Shown here: positions 1 to 10,030 of the stretch, one piece after another
Position numbering within the stretch: the first letter of the stretch is position 1
How the letters are laid out: every line of letters begins with the position of its first letter
The notes under the pieces: model-generated
Told to the model about the DNA's origin: nothing
Seen by the model: the letters and a program-made list of their open reading frames with translations, nothing else
Database searches by the model: none
Program-made: the position numbers and the translations under genes
Assembly: GCA_037131555.1 (NCBI GenBank)
Contig: JBAXQU010000004.1
Coordinates: 365-64,364, forward strand
Source: Bacteroidota bacterium
GTDB lineage: Bacteria; Bacteroidota; Bacteroidia; 2-12-FULL-35-15
Direction of reading: 5' to 3'
Length of the DNA stretch: 64,000 bases

Positions 1-727
1 AACCCAAGCACAGGTGGATGTGTATTGGAAGAGTTTGATGAAACTTCCACCAAGTGGCGAACGTCATACCTTGATTTTGTTTGCCTTGAGCGTTATCACC
101 ATTAAAGCTAAATTGGGCATGCCAAGACGTGATGCCGATTTTCTGAAACAGTCGGAAGACATGCACTTGGCGCAAGCCAACAATACCCTCGGGTTTTTTA
201 GTCCTGCTTTTGCAAGGTTGGTACAATGGAAAACCGAAAACGAAGCCCTGCATAATGCCATGACGGATGTGACCAATGGAGTGAATGGAGCAGAAGGTAT
301 AAAAAAAGATGCGAAAAAGAATCTTCAAAAAACATTGAAACTAGCATTGGCTTATGTCAATGGTTTGGCCCTCGATAATCAAGCCAAAGCCGAAGCCATG
401 ATAGAAGCAGCATTGATGAAAGTGATTAAGCAAAGTAGTAAATCTATCAAAGATTTTAGTGTAAAACAAATGGAAGAATCGGGTACTATTCAACTTCGTT
501 CGGAAGCTGCCAAAATAGATGGCAAACGTGTGAATGCAGGTTACGATTGGCAATATTCCATCAACAATGGTGCTACCTGGATAGCGTTGCCAAGTACAGT
601 GAACAAAGCCAAAACATTGGCAACCGACATGGCAATAGGTGTGGCAACTATTTTTCGCAAACGTGTAACCACTACCAAAGGAGGTACCACCGCTTGGGTG
701 GTTTCGAAACCCATCACCCCTCAGTAA
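1..727 (+). CDS. Hypothetical protein, 5'-truncated at the window edge. The frame is open from base 2 and the first in-frame start is GTG at 14.
   Basis: Long ORF with no upstream stop inside the window. No recognisable motifs. Followed by a strong terminator. Confidence 0.4.
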   Translation, partial: TQAQVDVYWKSLMKLPPSGERHTLILFALSVITIKAKLGMPRRDADFLKQSEDMHLAQANNTLGFFSPAFARLVQWKTENEALHNAMTDVTNGVNGAEGIKKDAKKNLQKTLKLALAYVNGLALDNQAKAEAMIEAALMKVIKQSSKSIKDFSVKQMEESGTIQLRSEAAKIDGKRVNAGYDWQYSINNGATWIALPSTVNKAKTLATDMAIGVATIFRKRVTTTKGGTTAWVVSKPITPQ

Positions 728-764
728 AGCATAAGAGGGATGTACCTACGAACATGTATCCAAC

Positions 765-800
765 TAACCACAACCTACGTGTTGTGGTTAGTTTTTTTTT
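765..800 (+). terminator. Rho-independent terminator: stem TAACCACAAC / GTTGTGGTTA followed by a T9 run.
   Basis: Perfect 10-bp inverted repeat with a 6-nt loop, directly followed by GTTTTTTTTT, just after the stop of ORF 1..727. Confidence 0.55.
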
Positions 801-838
801 GCTCTCTTCATCCAATAGTGTCGGAAATTGTTTTTAGT

Positions 839-885
839 TAATAGCGAATAGGGAATAGGGAATAGCGAATAGGGAATAGGGGGAG
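839..885. repeat. Tandem heptamer AATAGSG, about 6 copies, followed by a G-rich tail.
   Basis: aatagcg aataggg aataggg aatagcg aataggg aataggg is read directly from the sequence. Confidence 0.6.
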
Positions 886-1038
886 GGGGCTTAGTGTTTC
901 TTAGTTTCTTTGTGCCTTAGTGGTGAAAATTAGTAAACGTTGCGACTGTGGATACAAGTAAGAGTAATACACCAAGGCAAGGTTCGAGGTTTTTAATTGA
1001 AGTGTAAAATAAAAAAGAATTAACTTTGTAAAAAAAAG

Positions 1039-1344
1039 ATGCCAAAAATATTTGAATACCTTGGAATAATTATTTTTTTCTACTCCAACGAACACGAACC
1101 TATTCACGTTCATGCTAAGTTTAATGACATGGAGAGTAAAGCTGAATTTTTTATTGTTGATGGCAAGATTGTTGAAATTAGAATAAAAGCAATAAACAAT
1201 AGCAAACCTTTAACGGGAGTAAAATTGAAAGACTTTGAGAATTTTTTAGAAAACTATTCTGAACGTATAGTGGAAAAATGGATTGATTATTTTGTACTCC
1301 ACAAGGACATAAAGTTTGAAAGAATAAATAAGAAAATAAAATGA
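1039..1344 (+). CDS. DUF4160 family protein, the small partner of a DUF4160/DUF2442 two-gene module.
   Basis: The N-terminal NEHEPIHVHA motif is typical of DUF4160. The stop overlaps the next start (ATGA). Confidence 0.55.
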   Translation: MPKIFEYLGIIIFFYSNEHEPIHVHAKFNDMESKAEFFIVDGKIVEIRIKAINNSKPLTGVKLKDFENFLENYSERIVEKWIDYFVLHKDIKFERINKKIK

Positions 1345-1622
1345 AAATAGTTACCGATTATAATTCAACTTATAGAACAAAATCTGTTGTAGTTAAAAGT
1401 GCAACCTATTTAGGTGATTTTAAAATAGAAATTCTATTTAGTGATGCTACAAAGCAGGTAGTAAATTTTAAACCGTTTCTCTTAAACGCTCTTCATCCAT
1501 CTATTAAAAAATATCAAGACGAAAGTTTGTTTCAGAATTTTCAAATAGCAGCAGGCAATCTCAATTGGAATGATTATGATTTAATATTCCCTATTGATGA
1601 TTTGTATGTAGGTGAAATTTAA
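1341..1622 (+). CDS. DUF2442-like small protein, paired with the DUF4160 gene.
   Basis: 4-bp overlap with the upstream gene. The size and conserved pairing match the family, but recognition is by eye only. Confidence 0.45.
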   Translation: MKIVTDYNSTYRTKSVVVKSATYLGDFKIEILFSDATKQVVNFKPFLLNALHPSIKKYQDESLFQNFQIAAGNLNWNDYDLIFPIDDLYVGEI

Positions 1623-1671
1623 TAGGTATCTCATCGTAATCGTAAGAGCTTAAAATCAGAATACAGAACTA

Positions 1672-1974
1672 TTATTTTATTTTTTGAAGATACGCTTCGG
1701 GCTTTTTTAGAAATTCGTCTTTACATCCTTTACCACAAAAGCCATAAATTTTCTCCTGATATAAGGTAGTATCCGTTAAATATTTCCAAACAGGCATTCC
1801 ACAAACGGGGTCTCTCTTGGTAGCCAGTTGTTCTTGTTTTATTACCTTTTTAATGTCGCTGTTTTCAGCGGAAGCTTTCATCATGGTTGGTTGCTTTACT
1901 TCTGACGGAGCATTACAGCCCATCGTTGAAACCACTATCGCAAAGCTTATTATTATTTTATTTCTCATCCTCAA
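1672..1974 (-). CDS. YHS-domain (TRASH-like) copper-binding lipoprotein.
   Basis: Signal peptide with a lipobox Cys (STMGC). DPVCGM motif plus C-terminal CGKGC, typical of YHS/TRASH metal-binding domains. Adjacent to SCO1. Confidence 0.6.
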   Translation of the reverse strand: MRMRNKIIISFAIVVSTMGCNAPSEVKQPTMMKASAENSDIKKVIKQEQLATKRDPVCGMPVWKYLTDTTLYQEKIYGFCGKGCKDEFLKKPEAYLQKIK

Positions 1975-2108
1975 TTACTTTTCAATGTATTTAGTGCATT
2001 ATAAAATGCAGGGTTACAAAAGTAGTTTTTATTTTTTGCTAATCGTGTTTGCTTATAAAAACAACTAGTGAAGAAAAGGAAATTCTTTATTTAATTGGAG
2101 GAAACTTT

Positions 2109-2801
2109 TTACTTTTTAAGTAAGATGGCAATATCACCTATGAGCCTATCCACATCCTTCGGATTAAGTCCATCATATATGCCTCTTACATGTCGGTCGG
2201 TATCTACCAAGGCAAGCTTTTGTGTATGTACAAAATCATCATTACCACCATCACCACTATCTGCCGAAAGCAAATAACTAGTACGAGCCATATCATATAG
2301 CGCTTTCTTGCTACCGGTTACAAAGTGCCAACGACTTGCATCTGCATTTTGAGTTTCTGCATACGCTGCCAATACACTCACCGAATCATTTTCGGGGTAA
2401 ACTGTATGAGATAAAAAAAGAACGTTCGGTTCGTTCTTATAAGCTTCCGCTACTCGTTGCATTTGATTATTCATCACAGGGCAAATGGATACGCAGGTAG
2501 TAAAGAAGAAATTGGTAACGTATAGTTTCCCTTTAAAATCATTTTCTGTAATTGTTTTTCCAGCTTGATCAACAAACGAAAAGTTTTTTACGATATGATG
2601 TACACTGTCTATCATAAACGAACCATCTTTTTTAACAGTATCGTAGCGGCATTCTCCTAAAAATGGCAGTTTCTCTACCTTGTTGTATCTAGAGGAGATG
2701 AAGTAACCCATTCCTAAAAAAAATAAGGTAAATACAATTAAAAATGGATACCCAATTTTACTGTTTTTAGTTTCAGTTTTTTGGGTTTCTTCTTGTGTCA
2801 T
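2109..2801 (-). CDS. SCO1/SenC family copper chaperone (thioredoxin-like).
   Basis: N-terminal transmembrane anchor. CVSICP (CxxxCP) motif with a downstream conserved His, characteristic of SCO1/SenC. Confidence 0.75.
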   Translation of the reverse strand: MTQEETQKTETKNSKIGYPFLIVFTLFFLGMGYFISSRYNKVEKLPFLGECRYDTVKKDGSFMIDSVHHIVKNFSFVDQAGKTITENDFKGKLYVTNFFFTTCVSICPVMNNQMQRVAEAYKNEPNVLFLSHTVYPENDSVSVLAAYAETQNADASRWHFVTGSKKALYDMARTSYLLSADSGDGGNDDFVHTQKLALVDTDRHVRGIYDGLNPKDVDRLIGDIAILLKK

Positions 2802-3033
2802 TTCTTTTTCTGGATTTTTTTATAAAGATATTCAATATTAGCTTTCTTTCGCAAACTTATTTTGTGTTGTAATAAGCAATGCAAAGAAATGGAGTATTAA
2901 TAGGGTAAACTATGATGAAAATCAGAGGATGTATTGCCAATGAAAGCGTCTTGAACATTCGGGAGTGTTGACAAATACGAAGCGCAAGCTGAATAAGAAA
3001 CCCCAAAAGAAACAGTTGTAATAAAAAATAAAA

Positions 3034-3930
3034 TTAATCGGAACAACAAGCCCGCTGCACTGCCCAGCTCCATTTACCAATAACATGATACGTGAGTACA
3101 TCGTAAGGCACATCCACTGCTTCTATTTTTGGAGTGTACACATATTCGCGTTTATATTGCACCGTTACCGTTTCTTCGGTGGTGATACTAAACGTTTCGG
3201 GATAACCCAAGGTGATTGACATTTGTGTTTCTGGACATTCGGCAGGACATTTGGGTAATTGCCTAAGTGCAGTATGCAATTGCATCATCACTTCTTGTTC
3301 CAAACTACGTTCCATTTCCGATTTAAAACGAACATAATCTCTTCTGAAATCCTCTTGTGTATAGCGTTTCAACTCGCGATGCGTATGGTTACTTTCTTTC
3401 ACTATCACTTTGTCGAACATCGGTTGAGGACAACCAAAATCAAAAACTTTATCGCCAATATGTGTTTTTGCTGAACTTGCTGTAACACTATCTTTTGGCA
3501 AACCTTCTATACCACCATCAGGTAGGCATATCCATCGTGCTGTCCACATCACCGACACAGCAATGATTACAAAAGGGTCGCCTTCTTTCACACCTCTTGC
3601 TAGCGATGCTGCTTCGTTAGGTAGTAAAGCAATAGGAGTAACTTGGGTATAAGGTTTGTCGTATTTAGGAGGTGATAGGCGAATAGACAATGCTACTTTA
3701 CCACCCTCGTGCACTGGTGGCGATATTACTTTGGATAAAGCAATGGCTTTGTCGATGGCTGCTTTGTTGGCCATATACAAAGCATGTTCGTTTGCTTCTC
3801 TTCGTTTGGGAGGCATTTCCATTTCTTCAGGATGTAGGCGTGCATAACCTTCGATAATGTCGGAGCCTATGTACACTCCAATAGGGCTTTGGTTGACCTC
3901 TATTACTGGTTGCGATTTTTTTAATTCCAT
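3034..3930 (-). CDS. Hypothetical cytoplasmic protein, Cys-rich at the C-terminus (CPAECPE, CCSD), within the copper-gene neighbourhood.
   Basis: 298-aa ORF with no transmembrane segment or signal peptide and no motif I can name. The start codon is uncertain. Confidence 0.45.
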   Translation of the reverse strand: MELKKSQPVIEVNQSPIGVYIGSDIIEGYARLHPEEMEMPPKRREANEHALYMANKAAIDKAIALSKVISPPVHEGGKVALSIRLSPPKYDKPYTQVTPIALLPNEAASLARGVKEGDPFVIIAVSVMWTARWICLPDGGIEGLPKDSVTASSAKTHIGDKVFDFGCPQPMFDKVIVKESNHTHRELKRYTQEDFRRDYVRFKSEMERSLEQEVMMQLHTALRQLPKCPAECPETQMSITLGYPETFSITTEETVTVQYKREYVYTPKIEAVDVPYDVLTYHVIGKWSWAVQRACCSD

Positions 3931-4095
3931 TTTTCGAAAAATTTAGAAATTAAAAGAACTTCGAACTTATTAATCTATCTGGAGGGAAGTTCTTCGTGCT
4001 GTAAAATTACAAATTATTCATTTTGCAGCCTGTTTTTTTCAGGAAATTATTTTCAACCCCAACAACAAAGTGGACTTGAAAAAGGAAGCAGTAAA

Positions 4096-4551
4096 TTAAA
4101 CCGTTTCTACCAGTTTTTTTATTTCCATCAATATCGGATTCCAACCTTCGCCATTGTTGTAGGTTTCTTTGTATCGTCTATCTCCTTCGGCCACTTTTGA
4201 ATAGTCGCCTTGTGTTACAGTGAGTTTTGTTTGTTGGTTTTCTTCTTGCAATTGATAACACACCGTGAGGTGGTTTGCTGCATTGTTTTCCATACTCGAG
4301 TTTGGGTCGAAGGTGGTGTATTCGAGATACGTTTCGGGTTCTATTCGCACAATTTTACCAGTTACAAATATCATTTCCTTGCCATTGTATTCACCTTTCC
4401 AGTTGAGGGTATCTCCTTGTTTCCAAGTCGAAATAGCTTCGCAACCATACATGTATTTTTTGGTTTGTGCCGGATTGGTGAGTGCATCCCATACCGCATG
4501 AACAGAAGCATGGATAAGGATTTCGTTTTTGATGATTAATGGTGATTTCAT
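4096..4551 (-). CDS. SRPBCC superfamily protein (AHSA1 / activator-of-Hsp90-ATPase-like, polyketide-cyclase fold).
   Basis: About 150 aa. The N-terminal IHASVHAVWDALTNP segment is typical of the AHSA1/SRPBCC family. Confidence 0.55.
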   Translation of the reverse strand: MKSPLIIKNEILIHASVHAVWDALTNPAQTKKYMYGCEAISTWKQGDTLNWKGEYNGKEMIFVTGKIVRIEPETYLEYTTFDPNSSMENNAANHLTVCYQLQEENQQTKLTVTQGDYSKVAEGDRRYKETYNNGEGWNPILMEIKKLVETV

Positions 4552-4604
4552 AATGGGTTATCTTATTTGTTGTTTTGATTGATGAGGTAAAAATAATAAA
4601 TATT

Positions 4605-6470
4605 TTAACGATAATCAATACTACTTGGTTTAGTAACTGCAAAAATGGGAACTTTAATGTTGAATCCGATGGAAGGATTGAAACGAGCAAAGGTTTTATT
4701 GTCGTCAGGCAAATTAGGATACAGGCCAAAGGTAATTTGAAAACTAGAGTTCAATAAGTTCTCGTTTCTAATTAACATTCCTAATGCATAAGCCTGATAC
4801 ACGGGGCTATTCAGAAACTGATGTTGATTGTTTTCAATCATACCTACACCTATCAATACCAAGGGTGCGAAGCGAAAGCCAATGATATTGTAAGGTACAT
4901 AGGTCACCGTTTCGAAATTAACAATCATTTTTTTTGTTCCTGTCAAACTTCCATTGTTGAAACCATAGAGTTCATCAGGGTTTAGCGTGATGGTTTCGCC
5001 AGGTGCTTTATTAATTCCATTCACATACTTTAAATATATAAACTGTCGGAAATACCATTTATTGGATTGTAACAAATCGCTGAAATAATAAAACCCAAAA
5101 TTAAAAGTAGCATTGTTTCGTATGTTGTCGTTGTAAAACGTACCATAATTGGCATATACCGAAAGGTAACCCAATTGGTCAAGGTGATTTCCATAAGAAC
5201 ATTGCATGCCCGAATAATAACGTAACCCTGTTTGCTCTACATAGCGTGCACCGTACAATAGCTGTATCAATGCACCTTCAGGAATATCTTCGTTGGCACC
5301 AAATCGATAGATAAAACGGTCTTTATAATATTTACGCAACGAGAAAGCCACACTACCTAGGGCAAACGAAGAGTTCAAGAAATGCTGCGAGGTATCGCTT
5401 TTTACTTCAGGTCGCAGTTGGTAATGGGTATCTTGGTATCGAAAGGCCACAATTAAATTGGTTCCTTTTCTATTGATAGGCGTTCCAAAGCCAGGATTAA
5501 AGCTTCGTCCAACCCATACATCGGAATTGATGTTCTCCACTCGATATTCTTTATACACTCGTTCCACACTGTCGGTGTAATTGGTCCATGTTTTCGATTC
5601 GGCTATTCCACCTGCCCATTTGGTAAGTGTTGAATAGAAAGCACGGTCGAGGTTGATGCCTGCTGTAGTTGCATTCTTCACACTAGGTCCAATGTTTTGG
5701 TTGGTGGTGTAAAATAGGTTGGAAGTGATAAATGTATTACGGATATTGTTGATGATGTAATTGCCATTATTGGCATAATTTCCCGAACCAGCATCGTAAC
5801 TAGCATATTGAACAATCTTTTGTCCTAATCCACCCACATTACGTTCGGTAACATTTCCATTGGCAGAAGTAAAACTAATATTGACATTGGCATCCAAGGT
5901 CCATTTGTCGAGCACCATCACTTGAATATCGATACTGTCTTTAGCGCCTGCCACTTTACTGATGTAGAGTTGAGCATCATTGATGTAGTCGGTAGCCCTA
6001 AGCAATCGTTCGCTCTCATTGACGCGGTGCAAATCAAGTTTCTGATTTTCTTTTATTAGCAATATGTTTTTGATTATGTGTGTTCGCGTTTTCACGTGAT
6101 AATGGTTGGCTATTTTCTGAAACGAATTGATGGCAATTCGATTGGTATCGGAAATGGAATATCCAAAAGGGTCGAACACTTTCACTTGAATCTTACGGAT
6201 GTACTTACCTTCGAATTTTATATTCGGGTCAGCTTTTTTCTGATTGTCGGAAAGAGGTGCGTTTTCGTATTGTTGAGGAGCAGGGTCAACAAAAACGGCA
6301 TCGTAAAGTAGTTGAGTGAATTTATGTTTCGAAGTTATTTTTTTTATTTTTTTATAAACCGCTAAGGTATCATGCGTTTGTGCCGAAACCTCGGCAATAT
6401 GCATAGCAAAGCCTATGATAAGTATGATTTGAAATAAAAGCTTGATTTTTAATTGCATTTTGTAAATCAA
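4605..6470 (-). CDS. Hypothetical exported or outer-membrane protein.
   Basis: N-terminal signal peptide. Long, Asn/Tyr/Gly-rich and beta-strand-like. Lies immediately upstream of the Omp85-family gene. Confidence 0.45.
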   Translation of the reverse strand: MIYKMQLKIKLLFQIILIIGFAMHIAEVSAQTHDTLAVYKKIKKITSKHKFTQLLYDAVFVDPAPQQYENAPLSDNQKKADPNIKFEGKYIRKIQVKVFDPFGYSISDTNRIAINSFQKIANHYHVKTRTHIIKNILLIKENQKLDLHRVNESERLLRATDYINDAQLYISKVAGAKDSIDIQVMVLDKWTLDANVNISFTSANGNVTERNVGGLGQKIVQYASYDAGSGNYANNGNYIINNIRNTFITSNLFYTTNQNIGPSVKNATTAGINLDRAFYSTLTKWAGGIAESKTWTNYTDSVERVYKEYRVENINSDVWVGRSFNPGFGTPINRKGTNLIVAFRYQDTHYQLRPEVKSDTSQHFLNSSFALGSVAFSLRKYYKDRFIYRFGANEDIPEGALIQLLYGARYVEQTGLRYYSGMQCSYGNHLDQLGYLSVYANYGTFYNDNIRNNATFNFGFYYFSDLLQSNKWYFRQFIYLKYVNGINKAPGETITLNPDELYGFNNGSLTGTKKMIVNFETVTYVPYNIIGFRFAPLVLIGVGMIENNQHQFLNSPVYQAYALGMLIRNENLLNSSFQITFGLYPNLPDDNKTFARFNPSIGFNIKVPIFAVTKPSSIDYR

Positions 6471-6491
6471 CCTATTCGGAAAACAAACCTA

Positions 6492-9002
6492 TTAAAACGG
6501 ATACCCAATTCCTATGTTGAAAGCAAGGAAACCATATTTCTGATTATTGTGACTCTCGCTATACTTAGCTCTCCAGTCGTAATTGTTATAGTTTTGTATC
6601 ACCCAACGTTTGGCTTCTTCAAACTGAGGGTCGCGTATTTTCACACCCAAATCGAATCGGATGATGAAGAAACTAAAATCGGCACGTATCCCAAGTCCCG
6701 AACCCACTGCAAGTTCTTTGTAAAATCGGTTGAATTGAAAATCACCACCCGGTCTACTTGCATCAGGCTGACGAAGCCAAACGTTTCCAGCATCCACAAA
6801 TATTGCACCATTCAATTGTTTTATCATTTTGAATCGATACTCCAAATTTAGTTCCAATTGACCGTCACCAAATTGATCGAAGTTGGCTAACCCATTGTTC
6901 GAATAGGAACCTGGACCTAGTGTACGGGCTTGCCAAGCTCGTATTCCATTCGCTCCTCCACTAAAAAAACTTCGTTCGAAAGGCAGTGAAGTAAAATTGA
7001 TAAATGGTTTGCCAATACCCGCTGCTATCCGCCAAATTACTTTGTTCAATTCGTTTGGATAATAATAAAAACGATAATCTACATCCGTACGCAAGTACTG
7101 TGAATAAGGAACTCCAAACATCTTGTATCGTTCGTTTTCATCCTTTTCGAACGTGTTAGGTTGAATGGTGTTTATCAATTCATAAACACCTCGAAATATA
7201 TTGCCTGACGATTCTACATTCACTCTGAAAAACGAAAAGTTAGTTTGCTTTTTAATATTTTGATTGTTGTAGGTAAATGTATAGCGTGTACTTGACGACA
7301 AGTGATTGGTGAAGCTATTGCGGATGTAAATATTGCTCAAATTGCCAAGGTAATCGCTAAGTCCTGAAGGTAGTTCTACTTTTACTATACTCATCACAAA
7401 AGGGCTAATGGAATGACTAATTTGTTCGGTTTGTTGCCATGTGTATCCAAACGAAAGATTGGTGATGTATCGGGTGTAAAAGTTTGGAACATTGTTGATG
7501 AGGTAAGGTCGATGTTGGTAAGTGTACGAACTGTTGAATATTGTTTTCGGATTCGAACGTTTAGAAGCTTTCACCTTGAAGGGCACTAAAAATCGAGGGA
7601 TGTAAACATTTGCTTCCGGACCATATTCACTAGTATTGAATGCGCGTGTATTGTTCAATGATGAATTATTGTCAATTGTTTTGGTAGCTTCTATACTTCC
7701 TTTTAATCGTATTTCCAGTACTTCCGCACCTTTCAACAAGTTTCTGTTTTGATACACAAAACTTCCTCCTAATCCAATATTCCCCGAAGTATTTTTTCCT
7801 TCCGTTTCAAACGTATACGATTGTTTAAGTATCGGGCTGAGCTGAATGAAACAATTGAGTTTGTCGCTACCGGTAGTTTTAAAATTGATGTTAATGGTTT
7901 TAAACGATTTTATCTCCTGCAATCGTTTGTAACTATCTTCCACGTTTTTCAATTGATACAATTCACCTTTATGAATAAAAATGGTGTTCAACAACATCTT
8001 GGTTTTATAGCGTTGTTTGTCGGAATGCAGCAGATTATAGGCAGCATCAAGTGTGGTAGTTATTTTCCCAAAGTCATCTACCGACAAGGTGTCTTTGGCT
8101 TTTCCTGCTTGTTGTCTCGCTACAAAATCAGTTTCAATATAAATATCGTTTATATAAAATCGTTTGTGTGGAGTCACTACAATCGAATCGGATGTTTCGC
8201 TGTATTTGCTTGCAAAGTTCTTAATGCCAAGCATAAGGTTTACTTGATGGTTCGAAGAATCCCATTGGTAATAAATATAATCTTTTGTAAAAAGATAATA
8301 TCCATTATTATTGAGTTCGTTAGTTATTCGTTCACGCTCCTTGTCAAACACATCCTCATCATAGTAGTCACCTCTTCTAATTAATGTGTTGGAACTGTCA
8401 GCAAATACATAATACTTTAGAAGTTCGTCAGGTATTTTGTATGTAAGGCTGTTAATGGTGTATGGTGCTTTTGCCTTTATTAAATAAAATTCTCTGGCTT
8501 GTTTTCCAATGGTGTAAACCACCGAGTCTTTTACGCTACTTATAAAATAGCCTTTCTTATTCAAAAAAGATTTGATTTGCTTAGCTGAACGTTTTGATAA
8601 TATTGAGTCGTAAATGACTGGAGGTTCGCTTACATCGAGCACCCATTCGCCAAACAACTGCCGTGTACTTGTTTTGGTTCGTTTCCCTTTGGCTATTCTT
8701 TTTTCGTTTCGTAAAGCAAGTTTGTCGTTATGTTCTTTTCGCCTTCGTTTCACTCGGTCTTCGTTTACCAAATTGTGAAGCCATAAGTGGAACTTAATTA
8801 CTTTAAAAATTTTTCGGTTTGGTTTCTGCTTGATATAGGCTTGTATATCGGTCTTGTCGAGTTTGGTATCTTTATCAATGATTCTGTTTTTTACAAGCAA
8901 ATGTTCTCCTTCCTTCAACCTACGTGTAGGAAAGCATCCTTCCAATAACAAAGGAAGAATAAAGATAAGGAAAGCGTTTTTTAAAACCGATTGTTTGGTC
9001 AC
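6492..9002 (-). CDS. Omp85 (BamA/TamA) family outer-membrane protein, probably a lipoprotein.
   Basis: Lipobox (LLLEGC). The size fits an N-terminal POTRA region plus a C-terminal beta-barrel. It ends in GIGYPF, an aromatic C-terminal residue as in Omp85 barrels. Confidence 0.55.
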   Translation of the reverse strand: MTKQSVLKNAFLIFILPLLLEGCFPTRRLKEGEHLLVKNRIIDKDTKLDKTDIQAYIKQKPNRKIFKVIKFHLWLHNLVNEDRVKRRRKEHNDKLALRNEKRIAKGKRTKTSTRQLFGEWVLDVSEPPVIYDSILSKRSAKQIKSFLNKKGYFISSVKDSVVYTIGKQAREFYLIKAKAPYTINSLTYKIPDELLKYYVFADSSNTLIRRGDYYDEDVFDKERERITNELNNNGYYLFTKDYIYYQWDSSNHQVNLMLGIKNFASKYSETSDSIVVTPHKRFYINDIYIETDFVARQQAGKAKDTLSVDDFGKITTTLDAAYNLLHSDKQRYKTKMLLNTIFIHKGELYQLKNVEDSYKRLQEIKSFKTININFKTTGSDKLNCFIQLSPILKQSYTFETEGKNTSGNIGLGGSFVYQNRNLLKGAEVLEIRLKGSIEATKTIDNNSSLNNTRAFNTSEYGPEANVYIPRFLVPFKVKASKRSNPKTIFNSSYTYQHRPYLINNVPNFYTRYITNLSFGYTWQQTEQISHSISPFVMSIVKVELPSGLSDYLGNLSNIYIRNSFTNHLSSSTRYTFTYNNQNIKKQTNFSFFRVNVESSGNIFRGVYELINTIQPNTFEKDENERYKMFGVPYSQYLRTDVDYRFYYYPNELNKVIWRIAAGIGKPFINFTSLPFERSFFSGGANGIRAWQARTLGPGSYSNNGLANFDQFGDGQLELNLEYRFKMIKQLNGAIFVDAGNVWLRQPDASRPGGDFQFNRFYKELAVGSGLGIRADFSFFIIRFDLGVKIRDPQFEEAKRWVIQNYNNYDWRAKYSESHNNQKYGFLAFNIGIGYPF

Positions 9003-9230
9003 AAGTAAAATTTAGTGCAGTTTTGCACATCAAGTCGGCTAAATTACTCATTTATTAGAATTATGTTAAGGCCAATTGTGGCTATTCTTTTTATTTATTG
9101 AACAATTAGATTTCTTTAACGCTTCTATCTTTGACAGAATAATTTATGTTTGAATTGTTTTTTTGTAGCTCTAACTTGCATTCGCTTTCTTTTCTATATC
9201 TTTGAAACAAATTACTAATTCACAATTCCA

Positions 9231-9998
9231 TTGATATCCAAAAATCAAATTAAGTTTGTCAATTCGCTCAAACAAAAGAAATACAGAGAAGAACAAAATT
9301 TATTTGTTGCTGAAGGGAACAAGGTAGTGAAGGAATTATTGGATTCTTCTATTGCTGTGAAGCAGGTTTATGCTACTTCCGACTTTATGAGAAACAATAA
9401 ACTAGACCATTCGATAGAACGATTTGAGGTGAAAGAAAATGAATTAGAGAGGATTTCTTCACTCATGACTTCTAACGAAGTTCTTGCTGTTTGCGAAATC
9501 CCCACTTTCAATTTCGAGATTGAATCTCTTCAAAATAAATTAACTTTAGTATTGGATGAAATTAAAGACCCAGGAAACTTGGGCACTATCATTCGAATGG
9601 CAGATTGGTTTGGAATAGATACAGTGGTTTGCAGTCTTCACTCGGCCGACTGCTTCAATGCTAAGGTTGTACAAGCCTCCATGGGTTCCATTGCTCGAAT
9701 TAAAATTGTATATAAAGAACTGGTATCTTTTTTTCAAGAATTTAGATTAAAGAACGAAGACCCAATTTATGGTGCGATGCTTGAGGGAGAAAATATATAT
9801 TCGAGTAAATTGACAAAATCAGGCTTAATAGTTATTGGAAATGAGTCAAGAGGAATATCCGAAACCGCATTACCCTTTATAACGCATCGAATAAGTATTC
9901 CTTCCTTCTCTCATTACAAAACAGAAGGAGGCGAAGCTGAGTCGCTAAATGCGGCTATTGCCACCTCAATCATTTGTTCTGAATTTAGAAGAAGATAG
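9231..9998 (+). CDS. TrmH/SpoU family RNA 2'-O-methyltransferase (RlmB-like). The start is probably TTG at 9231.
   Basis: SpoU motifs: LDEIKDPGNLGTIIRMADWFG, and a C-terminal motif around GNESRGIS. A TATCTTTG -7 box sits at 9196-9203. Confidence 0.7.
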   Translation: MISKNQIKFVNSLKQKKYREEQNLFVAEGNKVVKELLDSSIAVKQVYATSDFMRNNKLDHSIERFEVKENELERISSLMTSNEVLAVCEIPTFNFEIESLQNKLTLVLDEIKDPGNLGTIIRMADWFGIDTVVCSLHSADCFNAKVVQASMGSIARIKIVYKELVSFFQEFRLKNEDPIYGAMLEGENIYSSKLTKSGLIVIGNESRGISETALPFITHRISIPSFSHYKTEGGEAESLNAAIATSIICSEFRRR

Positions 9999-10030
9999 AT
10001 TGTAGTGAACGATTACGAAACGAAATGCTA

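Noticed and set aside
7821-8384. 187-aa plus-strand ORF inside the Omp85-family gene
   Set aside because: It lies antisense within a well-supported 836-aa CDS and its product is a low-complexity hydrophobic sequence. This is a typical AT-rich antisense artefact. The same reasoning applies to the many other 60-130-aa antisense ORFs in the track, for example 20859..21218, 21665..22063, 22739..23311 and 45121..45513.
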